From contig JBDRJD010000028.1 of the NCBI GenBank assembly GCA_043815245.1, forward strand, positions 1 through 60,170: DNA of 60,170 nucleotides, written 5' to 3'. The DNA is from an archaeon (GTDB lineage: Archaea > Nanobdellota > Nanobdellia > Pacearchaeales > GW2011-AR1). Below are positions 34,248 to 42,818 of the stretch, piece after piece. Under the pieces are notes generated by a model. That model worked only from the letters and a program-made list of their open reading frames with translations. It made no database searches and was not told the DNA's origin. Each line of letters begins with the position of its first letter. Position 1 is the first letter of the stretch. Made by a program: the position numbers and the translations under genes.

Positions 34248-37200
34248 ATGAAACAAGATAAACACATAATTGTAAAGAAATATCTATCTCAGCATTCGCT
34301 TGTAGAAAGTAACATTGTTTCTTTTAATAATTTTATTAAGCTGAGGATGCAGAAAATAGTAGATGAACTTTCTCAGAACCTTTCAAATGATGAGATTGAG
34401 ATAAAGCTTGGGAAAGTGAGAGTGGGAAGGCCTAATGTGATTGAATCAGATGGAAGTTCAAAGAATGTTTTACCAACAGAAGCAAGGTTAAGAAACTTAA
34501 CTTACTCCGCTCCTGTTTTTCTTGAAATAAGTATAAAACAGGAAGGTCAGATAGAAGAAAGCCAAGATGTAGAAATTGGAAGAATACCAGTAATTGTTAG
34601 GAGTGATGTGTGTAACACTTCTGGTATGGGTAAAGACGAGCTTGAAAAAGCCTACATTGATCCGTTAGATGTTGGGGGCTACTTTATTGTGAATGGTAAT
34701 GAAAGGATAATGGTGATGACAGAAGATTTAGCAGCTAACCAACCTTTTATTGAGAAATCCAAGGGGAAGCTTATGCTTAGATTATTTAGCCAGAGGGGGG
34801 CTTACAGGATACCCGTATCTATAACAGAAACAAGTGATGGAATCTTGGAAATATCTTTTTCTAGATTCAGGAATATTCCTGCAATAGTTTTACTGAAAAC
34901 TCTGGGAATGTTAAAAGAAGCGGATATTTCAAGGTTAGTTGGTAAGGAAACAGATAGTTTTATTGTAAATTTATATGAATTTGCTGGTGTTCATTCAGTA
35001 GATGACGCGATGATGTTTATTGCAGAAAAAACAAACCTTCAAGGAACTAAAAAAGAAATGGTAGACAGAGTAAAGCAAAGGATAGACAGTTACTTTATGC
35101 CACATATAGGTCTGACAAAGGAAGATAGATATGAAAAAGCGATTACGCTATGTAAGTTCATTAAACAATTTTATATTGCTAAGGAAAACCCAAATATAAT
35201 TACTGATAAAGATCACTATGCAAATAAAAGAGTAAGGCTGAGCGGAGACTTGCTGTCTGATCTTTTTAGAGTGAACCTGAATATATTATTGAGAGATATT
35301 CAATACTCCTTGCAGAAGATTGCTAAGAGGAAGAAGTTTTACAGTCTTAAAACTATAGCCAAGTCTACTTTGTTTTCTCATAGAGTAGAGAGCGCAATTG
35401 CAACAGGGAGTTGGATTGGTGAGAGAACAGGAGTAACCCAGAATATGGACAAGACAAATTATCTTGCAATGCTATCTCAACTACAAAGAGTTTCTTCTAT
35501 GCTACCTGGGGAGCAAGAGAACTTCCTGGCAAGAACGTTACACCCCACACATTATGGAAGATTTTGTCCAATCGAAACTCCAGAGGGTACTGAAATCGGA
35601 CTGAGAAAAAATCTTGCGATATTATCTAGAGTGTCTACTGCGGTAAAAATGGATGAGGATGAATTCATAAAAATTCTTGAGGGATTTGGAATGTTAAGAG
35701 AGAAAGAAGGCCAGAAGCACGGGAAGTCGGATGTATTTTTTAATGGAAGATTTATAGGGAGTGTGGAGGACTATAAGAAATTTATAGGAGACATTAGAGG
35801 GAGGAGAAGAGCCTCACAACTACCAATCGAATTAAGTGTAAGGTATGATAAGCACATAGAGAATGTGATTATTTCTACTGAAATAGGTAGAGTTTTTAGG
35901 CCCTTGATTATAGCAGAAAACGGGCAGGTCAAGTTTACTAACGAACACGCCTTACTTTTAGAGCAAGACAAAATTACCTGGGATGATTTGATTAAGCAGG
36001 GAGTTATAGAGTATCTAGATGCAAGTGAAGAAGAGAATGCACTAGTTGCCTTGGGAAAAGAAGAAGTAACCCCTGAGCACACACACTTAGAGATAGACCA
36101 TATAGATTTTTTAGGATTAGTAACTTCTCTTGTACCTTTTGCAAATCACGACCAGAGTTCTAGGTTGAATAGGGGAAGTAAAACTCAAAAGCAGGCCCTA
36201 GGAATTTATGCTGCAAACTTCCCAGTAAGATTAGACACAGATGTAAGTATCCTTCACTACCCTCAAAAACCTATAGTGAGAAGCTTTGTTTATGACACTC
36301 TTAACATCTATCCAGCAGGCCAGAATTTGGTGGTTGCTGTAATGACCCATGAAGGATATAATATGGAAGATGCAATAGTATTAAATGGTGGGAGTGTTGC
36401 GAGGGGTTTAGGGAGATCAACATATTTCAGACCTTATACTTCAACAGAACTTAATTATGCTGGAGGATTAGCAGACGAAATTTCTATTCCAAGTAAAGAC
36501 ACTTCAGGATATAGGACTGAAGAGAGTTACAGATTTTTAGAAGATGATGGGTTAGCTTATCCAGAAGCTGCAATGAAAGAATCAGAGGTAGTAATAGGAA
36601 AAACATCTCCTCCAAAATTCCTTTCAGAAGCAAGAGAAATTACAGTTAGAACAAGAAAAGAAAACAGCTCAGTAATAAGGCAAGAAGAGAAAGGCACTGT
36701 GGATGCTGTATTTGTAACTGTAGAAGATGAAGGAAATAAAGTTGTGCAAGTCAGAACAAGGGATCAAAGACTTCCCGAGTTAGGTGATAAGTTCTCAACT
36801 CCTCATGGGCAGAAAGGAGTTATTGGGATGATAGCAGATGAAAATGATATACCCTTCACATCGCGTGGAATAAAACCTGATTTGATATTTAACCCTCACG
36901 GAATTCCGAGTAGGATGACTGTGGGATATCTAATGGAACTTTTAGCTGGAAAGGCTGGCGCTATAGAGGGGGAGGTTGTTGATGGAACTGCTTTTGCGGG
37001 ACAGCCGGTTGAAGAATTAGAAAAACAATTGAAAGCAAAAGGGTTTAGATATGATGGTAAAGAAACAATGTATAATGGCGTGACTGGGAAGATGATGACG
37101 GCTAAGATTTATATTGGTAGTATGTACTACTTGAAACTTAAGTATATGGTGAGTAATAAGATGCATGCAAGGGCTTCTGGAAAAGTGGCTTTACTAACCA

Positions 37201-37514
37201 GGCAGCCTATCGAGGGGAGGGCCAGAGGAGGAGCTTTAAGATTGGGAGAGATGGAACAGCAAGCACTTGTTGCACATGGTTCTTCTTTATTGTTAAAGGA
37301 GAGATATGATTCTGATAAGGTTGTTGTGCATGTTTGTACAAGATGCGGCTCAATGGCCATTAAAGATGTGATAAGGAATAAGATTACGTGTCCAGCATGT
37401 AATGGTAATGAAATTGAGCCTGTAGAAATTTCTTATGCATTTAAGTTATTATTAGAAGAACTTCAAGGTTTGCATATATTTACTAAATTTGATTTAAAGA
37501 ATAAATACGAATGA
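34248..37514 (+). CDS. rpo2: RNA polymerase subunit Rpo2 (B, unsplit)
   Basis: GGYFIVNG.ER, CP.ETPEG, GDKF...HGQKG, RQP.EGR.RGG.LR.GEME. Confidence 0.97.
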   Translation: MKQDKHIIVKKYLSQHSLVESNIVSFNNFIKLRMQKIVDELSQNLSNDEIEIKLGKVRVGRPNVIESDGSSKNVLPTEARLRNLTYSAPVFLEISIKQEGQIEESQDVEIGRIPVIVRSDVCNTSGMGKDELEKAYIDPLDVGGYFIVNGNERIMVMTEDLAANQPFIEKSKGKLMLRLFSQRGAYRIPVSITETSDGILEISFSRFRNIPAIVLLKTLGMLKEADISRLVGKETDSFIVNLYEFAGVHSVDDAMMFIAEKTNLQGTKKEMVDRVKQRIDSYFMPHIGLTKEDRYEKAITLCKFIKQFYIAKENPNIITDKDHYANKRVRLSGDLLSDLFRVNLNILLRDIQYSLQKIAKRKKFYSLKTIAKSTLFSHRVESAIATGSWIGERTGVTQNMDKTNYLAMLSQLQRVSSMLPGEQENFLARTLHPTHYGRFCPIETPEGTEIGLRKNLAILSRVSTAVKMDEDEFIKILEGFGMLREKEGQKHGKSDVFFNGRFIGSVEDYKKFIGDIRGRRRASQLPIELSVRYDKHIENVIISTEIGRVFRPLIIAENGQVKFTNEHALLLEQDKITWDDLIKQGVIEYLDASEEENALVALGKEEVTPEHTHLEIDHIDFLGLVTSLVPFANHDQSSRLNRGSKTQKQALGIYAANFPVRLDTDVSILHYPQKPIVRSFVYDTLNIYPAGQNLVVAVMTHEGYNMEDAIVLNGGSVARGLGRSTYFRPYTSTELNYAGGLADEISIPSKDTSGYRTEESYRFLEDDGLAYPEAAMKESEVVIGKTSPPKFLSEAREITVRTRKENSSVIRQEEKGTVDAVFVTVEDEGNKVVQVRTRDQRLPELGDKFSTPHGQKGVIGMIADENDIPFTSRGIKPDLIFNPHGIPSRMTVGYLMELLAGKAGAIEGEVVDGTAFAGQPVEELEKQLKAKGFRYDGKETMYNGVTGKMMTAKIYIGSMYYLKLKYMVSNKMHARASGKVALLTRQPIEGRARGGALRLGEMEQQALVAHGSSLLLKERYDSDKVVVHVCTRCGSMAIKDVIRNKITCPACNGNEIEPVEISYAFKLLLEELQGLHIFTKFDLKNKYE

Positions 37515-37575
37515 AAATGAAACATTTTCAAGCATTTAAATTTCGAAAAATTAGGGGGGAAATTTAAATACGAAT
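37502..37575. repeat. Two-hairpin micro-insert flanked by 11-bp direct repeat TAAATACGAAT
   Basis: Direct repeat at 37502-12 and 37565-75; hairpins TGAAAATG/CATTTTCA and ATTTAAATTTC/GAAATTTAAAT. Confidence 0.7.
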
Positions 37576-37578
37576 AAA

Positions 37579-40500
37579 ATGGAAATTGTAAGAAAACAGG
37601 TAAAGGCACTTTCTTTTAGTTTGCTTTCTCCTGAGATGATTAAAAGAATTTCTTCTCCCAAGATAGTCACACCAGAGCTTTATGATGTAGATGGTTATCC
37701 TGTTGATGGAGGGTTAATGGATTTAAGACTTGGTGCAATAGATCCCGGGGTGAGGTGTAGAACATGTGGAGGGGGATTGAAGGAGTGTCTAGGTCACCCG
37801 GGAAGTATTGAGCTTGCAAGGCCGCTTTTACATGTAAAGTACATTCCTTTGATAGAATTATTTTTAAGAAGTTTTTGTGCAAGTTGTGGAAGAATTTTAA
37901 TATCAGAAGAAGATATAAAGAGACTCAACATTAAACAGAGAATTAAAAAAGCAAAGGACACTAAAAAGTGCCCTCACTGCCAGACTCCTCAAGAAAAAGT
38001 TAAGCTAGAGAAACCAAGTACCTTCCATGCAGGTAAGAGGAGAATTTTTCCAACAGAAATTAGAGAGACTTTTGAAAAAATACCAGATGAAGATTGTAGA
38101 CTGGTGGGGGTTAACCCACACACTTGTAGGCCTGAATGGGCAATCTTAAGTCTTTTATTAGTTCCACCAGTAACTGTAAGGCCGAGCATCACTCTTGAAT
38201 CTGGAGAGCGAAGTGAAGATGATCTAACTCACAAGTTGAGTGATATTATAAGAGCAAATCAAAGACTTTGGGAAAATCTCAATGCGGGAGCTCCTGAAGT
38301 AATCATCGAGGATTTGTGGGATTTATTGCAATATCATGTAACTACTTTTTTTGATAATACTTTATCTAGGATTCCTCCTGCTAGACACAGGAGTGGTCAG
38401 CCACTAAAGACTATAACTGAAAGGATTAAAGGGAAAGAAGGGAGGATACGTCATAATCTAGCTGGTAAGAGGGTCAACTATTCTTCTAGAAGTGTAATTT
38501 CTCCTGACCCATTTTTAGATATAAATGAAATTGGCGTTCCTTTGGAGATAGCTAAGGTGATTACTGTTGCAGAATATGTGAATAGTATGAACATAGATGC
38601 TCTGAAAAAATTAGTGGAAAGGGTGGAATACCCAGGAGCAAATTATATACTCAGACCAGATGGAAAGAGGAAGAAGATAACAGAGGACTTAAAGCAGGAG
38701 ATTATTGAAGAGTTGGCGGTGGGTTATATTGTGGAGAGGCATCTTCAAGACGGGGATGTGGTTTTGTTTAACAGGCATCCTTCTCTTCATAGGGCCAGTT
38801 TAATGGCGCACTTTGTTAAGGTGTTACCTAACAGAACATTCAGGTTGCACCCAGCTGCTGCAGCACCATATAATGCAGATTTTGATGGGGATGAAATGAA
38901 TATACACTCTCCCCAAACAGAAGAAGCAAGGGCAGAAGCTAAGGTTTTGCTTGATGTTAAGCAAAATTTAATTTCTCCGAAGAATGGTACTAATCTCTTA
39001 GGATGTATTGCAGACGCAATTACAGGCAATTATCTTCTTGGAACTAACATTATTTCAAGAGAAGATGCATCCCAGGTGCTTTATGAAGCAGGTATTATGA
39101 CAGAGTTTAGTAAAAAGGAGGTTTCAGGTTTGGAAGTTTTCTCTAAGATACTTCCAAAAGTGAGTTTTGCTGAAAAGGGGGTTAATATAAAAGATGGGGA
39201 GTTTTTGTCGGAGGTCATAGATAAGAACACATTGGGAGTTGAAGATGGGTTATTCATAAAGCATTTAGATAAAGAGGTGGGGCGGAAGGATACCTTGGAT
39301 ATGTTAAGAAGAAGTTTTAGTCTTGGAACAAGTTATTTGTCTAAAAATGGTTTCACAATTTCTCTTGAAGATTTAAATGTTAATGATAAAGTTAGGAAAA
39401 GCACAGAGGATATAGTTAAGAGTGCAGAGGATAAGACAAACAAAGTAATTGAATCATATTATGATGGTACCTTAGAGCTGATACCTGGAAAAAGCAAAGA
39501 AGAAAGCAGAGAGATAAAGATACTTCAGGCATTGAATGAGGTAAGAACTAAGGTGGGAAACATCGTAAAACAGGAGTTTCCGAAAGAAAACCCGGTTAAT
39601 AGCATGATCATTTCAGGAGCAGGAGGGAATATACTTAATGTCACGCAGATCGCATGCTGTGTTGGCCAGCAGGCTTTGTGGGCTAAGAGAATTGGTTTTG
39701 GGTATACTAACAGAACTCTATCATTCTTTAAGGAAGGAGACTTATCTCCCCTAGCAAGAGGTTTTATTTATTCCTCCTTTATGAAAGGGCTGAGACCAAT
39801 GGAGTTTTTCTTTGGGGCAATTACTGGAAGAGACGCCCTGATGGATCTTGCATTAAGGACCCCTAAATCTGGTTACATGTATAGGAGACTTGCTAATGCT
39901 TTGCAAGATTTAAAGGTGGAGTATGACGGAACTGTTAGAGACGCTTCTGGCAAGTTAGTTCAATTTATGTATGGAGAAGACGGTTTAGATGTTACTACGG
40001 CGCATTCTGAGAAGAAGATTTCTCCAGGGGAGGCAATAGGAATAATTACAGCTCAATCATTTGGGGAACCTTCTACACAGATGGCACTCAATGTGTTCCA
40101 TTTTGCTGGTGTACAAGAAATGCAGATTACTTTGGGACTTCCTAGATTGATAGAAATATTTGATGCAAGAAAAATGCCTTCAACTCCAGCCATGGAAATT
40201 TATCTTGATAAAGAAAAAAGTAATGAAAAAGATGCAAGAATTATTGCAGAAAAGATAAAGCAATTCAAATTTGAGGAAATTGCAAGAGAGATAAAAATAA
40301 ATTTTGTAGATAAGAAAATTGAAGTTGAATTGAATCTGGAATCATTAAAACAACTGCATTCTTCTACTGCGGCAGTTTTAGAAAAATTGAAAGATGAAGG
40401 GTTTAAAGTTAAGTTAAGGGGTAATTTGATTTACACGACCGATACTAAACTAAATTTTAAGGAGTTGTTTAAGCTAAAAGAAAAACTGAAGCAGGCAGTA

Positions 40501-41058
40501 GTGTCTGGAATAGAAGGTATAGAGCAGGTATTAGTTGTAAAAAGAGATAAGAATTATGTTATACTTACAGCAGGTTCAAACTTAAAGGAGTTGTTTAAGC
40601 TAAAGGGGATAGATAAAGACAGGACCACTAGCAATAATATTCGTGAAATACAAGATGTTCTTGGAATAGAAGCAGCTAGACAAGTAATTATTCATGAGGT
40701 GCAAAAGGTTATTTCTTCACAAGGGTTAGATATTGATATGAGGCATCTTAAATTAATTTCAGATGCTATGTGTACTACCGGGGGCGTAAAGGGAGTTACT
40801 AGAATGGGAATAATTTCAGAGAAAAGTAGTATTCTGGCAAGAGCTAGTTTTGAAACCCCGATTAAACAGTTTGTAAATGCAACAATTAAGGCTAATAAAG
40901 ATGAGTTAGCCTCAGTTATTGAGAATATAATCTTAAATCAGCCCGTTCCAGTTGGAACCGGGCTTCCAGGGCTGCTAGTGAAGGTTATAGGTCCACTGAC
41001 AAAGCCAAAAAAATCTGGAAAGGCTAAAGCTGAAATTAAGACAGAGGTAAGAAAGTGA
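37579..41058 (+). CDS. rpo1: RNA polymerase subunit Rpo1, A' and A'' fused in one 1159-aa ORF
   Basis: Zn clamp Cys, GKEGRIR.NL.GKRV, NADFDGD; continues via YGEDG.D directly into GEAIGII.AQS.GEP.TQM and GVTR.G. Confidence 0.95.
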   Translation: MEIVRKQVKALSFSLLSPEMIKRISSPKIVTPELYDVDGYPVDGGLMDLRLGAIDPGVRCRTCGGGLKECLGHPGSIELARPLLHVKYIPLIELFLRSFCASCGRILISEEDIKRLNIKQRIKKAKDTKKCPHCQTPQEKVKLEKPSTFHAGKRRIFPTEIRETFEKIPDEDCRLVGVNPHTCRPEWAILSLLLVPPVTVRPSITLESGERSEDDLTHKLSDIIRANQRLWENLNAGAPEVIIEDLWDLLQYHVTTFFDNTLSRIPPARHRSGQPLKTITERIKGKEGRIRHNLAGKRVNYSSRSVISPDPFLDINEIGVPLEIAKVITVAEYVNSMNIDALKKLVERVEYPGANYILRPDGKRKKITEDLKQEIIEELAVGYIVERHLQDGDVVLFNRHPSLHRASLMAHFVKVLPNRTFRLHPAAAAPYNADFDGDEMNIHSPQTEEARAEAKVLLDVKQNLISPKNGTNLLGCIADAITGNYLLGTNIISREDASQVLYEAGIMTEFSKKEVSGLEVFSKILPKVSFAEKGVNIKDGEFLSEVIDKNTLGVEDGLFIKHLDKEVGRKDTLDMLRRSFSLGTSYLSKNGFTISLEDLNVNDKVRKSTEDIVKSAEDKTNKVIESYYDGTLELIPGKSKEESREIKILQALNEVRTKVGNIVKQEFPKENPVNSMIISGAGGNILNVTQIACCVGQQALWAKRIGFGYTNRTLSFFKEGDLSPLARGFIYSSFMKGLRPMEFFFGAITGRDALMDLALRTPKSGYMYRRLANALQDLKVEYDGTVRDASGKLVQFMYGEDGLDVTTAHSEKKISPGEAIGIITAQSFGEPSTQMALNVFHFAGVQEMQITLGLPRLIEIFDARKMPSTPAMEIYLDKEKSNEKDARIIAEKIKQFKFEEIAREIKINFVDKKIEVELNLESLKQLHSSTAAVLEKLKDEGFKVKLRGNLIYTTDTKLNFKELFKLKEKLKQAVVSGIEGIEQVLVVKRDKNYVILTAGSNLKELFKLKGIDKDRTTSNNIREIQDVLGIEAARQVIIHEVQKVISSQGLDIDMRHLKLISDAMCTTGGVKGVTRMGIISEKSSILARASFETPIKQFVNATIKANKDELASVIENIILNQPVPVGTGLPGLLVKVIGPLTKPKKSGKAKAEIKTEVRK

Positions 41059-41468
41059 AAACACTAGACATGCAGGTCATTAGGCAGCTTAATTTATTTG
41101 AAAAAATATGCAGGGTCAGGACTAATAACTGCTTCCTATATAATAACTTCCTCGTATTTGCTGTTCCATCTTTTCAGGTGAGTAAAGCGATTGGGGAAGA
41201 GGGGAGGAATATTAAAAAATTGGTGGAAATTCTTGGGAAGAAGGTTAAAGTTGTTGCGCTTCCGAATGGCGAGAGAGGTGTTAAGGAATTTGTCCTCTCA
41301 ATTATTCATCCCTTGACATTTAAAGATTTGAAGATTGAAGAAACTAGGGTGGTGATAGAGGCTGGAAAGAAAAACAAAGCGGCTTTGATTGGTAGAGGAA
41401 GGCGGAGGGAGACGGAGCTGTCAGAGATATTAAAATTTTATTTTCAAAAAGGATTAAAGATAGTTTGA
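41055..41468 (+). CDS. nusA: Archaeal NusA (KH domain)
   Basis: KAIGEEGRNI, ALIGRG; conserved position after rpo1. Confidence 0.8.
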   Translation: MKTLDMQVIRQLNLFEKICRVRTNNCFLYNNFLVFAVPSFQVSKAIGEEGRNIKKLVEILGKKVKVVALPNGERGVKEFVLSIIHPLTFKDLKIEETRVVIEAGKKNKAALIGRGRRRETELSEILKFYFQKGLKIV

Positions 41469-41516
41469 AAAGCTTTAAAAAGCTAAATTCTTAGTGATTT
41501 ATGTCTTTTCTAGAAG

Positions 41517-41939
41517 ATGGGATTAATGAATGCAAGAAAAGTTGAGAAGAAAAGGAAAAAAGCTAGATGGCATGATGTGAAGTATAAAAGAAAAACCCTT
41601 AACTTGTATATTAAAGCAGATCCTTTAGAAGGGGCTAGTCAGGCTAAAGGGATAGTTTTAGAAAAAGTTCAAAAAGAAGCCAAGCAGCCTAATTCTGCAA
41701 TGAGAAAGTGCGCCAGAGTTCAGCTTATTAAAAATGGCAAGCAGGTTACAGCCTTTATTCCTGGAAACCTTGCTCAGAAGTTTGTAGATGAACATGATGA
41801 AGTTATAATTGAAAGAATTGGGGGTAAGCAGGGGAGAAGTAAGGGGGATATTCCAGGTGTTAGATTCCAAGTTATTAAAGTAAATGATCAGCCTTTAAAG
41901 AGGTTAGTTGAAGGTAAGATTGAGAAGGGTAGAAGATAA
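41517..41939 (+). CDS. rps12: Ribosomal protein uS12
   Basis: [29 protein letters not shown]. Confidence 0.95.
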   Translation: MGLMNARKVEKKRKKARWHDVKYKRKTLNLYIKADPLEGASQAKGIVLEKVQKEAKQPNSAMRKCARVQLIKNGKQVTAFIPGNLAQKFVDEHDEVIIERIGGKQGRSKGDIPGVRFQVIKVNDQPLKRLVEGKIEKGRR

Positions 41940-41940
41940 A

Positions 41941-42549
41941 ATGGTGGAAGGTGCTCTAAAGATGAAAATATTTGATACCTATGATATTAAAGATGTTAAG
42001 GTGGAAGACCCGGCATTAAAAAGAGTGATTAATTTAGATGAAAAACTGGTTTTAAAGACTAAAGGAAGGATGTGGCAGAAGTTCGGCAAGGCAGAAATTA
42101 ATGTAGTTGAAAGGTTAATTAATTTGTTGAGAGTTCCGGGGCATAGGGGGAAAAAGCATAAGATTCAAACAGCTGAGAGTGCTAGCAAATATAACCGAGC
42201 AGTAAAAAATGTTTTAAAGTGTTTAAAAATAATTGAAGAGCGTAAAAAAGAAAATCCTGTTCAAGTTTTAGTGAGGGCTATTGAAAATGCTGCTCCAAGA
42301 GATGAGATCACAGTGATTGAATATGGCGGAGCGAGGTATCCCCAGGCAGTAGATATCTCTCCAATAAGAAGGCTTAATCTTGCTTTGAGAAATATGGTTC
42401 ATGGAGCTTATGATAAATCTTTTAATAAAAAGGCAAAGATTTATGAGACACTTGCAAATGAGATAATGCTCGCTTCTGATGGGAACATGGAGAGTTTTGC
42501 AATGTCTAAGAAAAACGAGTCTGAAAAGCAGGCTGATTCTGCCCGTTAG
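41941..42549 (+). CDS. rps7: Ribosomal protein uS7
   Basis: NPVQVLV.AIENAAPR.E, VDISP.RR, KK.E.E+QA.SAR. Confidence 0.93.
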   Translation: MVEGALKMKIFDTYDIKDVKVEDPALKRVINLDEKLVLKTKGRMWQKFGKAEINVVERLINLLRVPGHRGKKHKIQTAESASKYNRAVKNVLKCLKIIEERKKENPVQVLVRAIENAAPRDEITVIEYGGARYPQAVDISPIRRLNLALRNMVHGAYDKSFNKKAKIYETLANEIMLASDGNMESFAMSKKNESEKQADSAR

Positions 42550-42556
42550 TTGTATT

Positions 42557-42760
42557 ATGGATGACCCAAATTATGGATATGGAGAATTAAGAGAATATTT
42601 AATAGAGTTTGGGTCTCACCTGGGATTTAACATAATTGATAGAGCTAGAATTGTAAATAACGCCAAGGCGGAGGAGAATGCTTTGATGTTTATTTTAGCA
42701 CAGAAAGAAAGAGAGAGAATGGAGCAGCCTCAAAATTACGAGAGGTGTGAAAAGATTTAA
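42557..42760 (+). CDS. Small hypothetical protein inserted between uS7 and aEF-2
   Basis: 67-aa ORF from ATG 42557. Confidence 0.4.
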   Translation: MDDPNYGYGELREYLIEFGSHLGFNIIDRARIVNNAKAEENALMFILAQKERERMEQPQNYERCEKI

Positions 42761-42818
42761 AAAGCATATTTTATAACCCTTTATATAACTCTATTTTTAA
42801 GAGGGATTTTTTGTTAAA

